DNA of 64,000 nucleotides from NCBI RefSeq assembly GCF_053078305.1, contig NZ_CP166879.1; one strand, 5' to 3'. Shown piece by piece: positions 63,855 to 64,000 of this stretch (position 1 is its first letter; each line of letters starts with the position of its first letter). The notes under the pieces were generated by a model. It saw only the letters and a program-made list of their open reading frames with translations, ran no database searches and was not told where the DNA came from. The position numbers and the translations under genes were made by a program.

Positions 63855-63855
63855 T

Positions 63856-64000
63856 ATGAACCGTGTTCTGTGTGTGGTGATTATTGTCCTGCTGGTAGCC
63901 TGTGGTGCGCTTAGTCTGGGGCTGAATCATTACCGCGATAACGCCATCACCTACAAAGCGCAGCGCGATAAAAAAGCCAGAGAGCTGGAACAGGCGAATG
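63856..64000 (+). CDS. Rz i-spanin, 5' part (3' end outside the window)
   Basis: ATG 63856 (MNRVLCVVIIVLLVACGALSLGLNHYRDNAITYKAQRDKKARELEQAN...); frame open to the window end. Confidence 0.75.
   Translation, partial: MNRVLCVVIIVLLVACGALSLGLNHYRDNAITYKAQRDKKARELEQAN

Larger units (their letters stand above)
41438..64000. mobile_element. lambdoid prophage, left ~22.5 kb (attL to lysis cassette); continues beyond the window
   Basis: Gene order int-xis-early genes-cI/cro-helicase/primase-Q-moron-nanS-p-S-R-Rz, beginning 45 bp upstream of the rcsB start codon. Confidence 0.9.

Overview
The window is an E. coli-type chromosomal segment, reverse-oriented relative to the K-12 map, joined at about 41.45 kb to the left ~22.5 kb of a lambdoid prophage that runs off the window end. 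Chromosomal part: rhmD (5'-partial), rhmT, rhmA, ypaA, rpnB(yfaD), glpCBA <> glpTQ, a small AT-rich islet (orphan ORF, LysR regulator, MFS transporter), inaA, yfaE-nrdB-nrdA, yfaL autotransporter, ubiG <> gyrA, yfaA-yfaT-yfaS-yfaQ-yfaP, rcsC >< rcsB, with REP/BIME clusters in several intergenic gaps. As I recall the K-12 map, atoSC/atoDAEB is missing between yfaP and rcsC and yfaS is intact here. Prophage part: int, xis, early-left genes, cI/cro immunity switch, SF2 helicase plus primase, Q antiterminator, a moron locus, nanS-p esterase, holin, SAR-endolysin and the start of Rz. The standout is the moron locus between Q and nanS-p (55.28-59.36 kb). It encodes a gamma-class N6-adenine methyltransferase with a candidate PD-(D/E)xK nuclease module and a separate two-TRD specificity subunit, an arrangement resembling BcgI-like Type IIB restriction-modification. 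Its 5' coding end carries exactly 120 tandem copies of the heptanucleotide CAGCGAC, with stops in both alternative frames just downstream, which is the design of a slipped-strand phase-variation switch. The M/S junction carries an A_AAA_AAG heptamer plus a downstream hairpin positioned to fuse the two reading frames by -1 frameshifting. All calls are from reading the sequence and the ORF translations; no database search was run.
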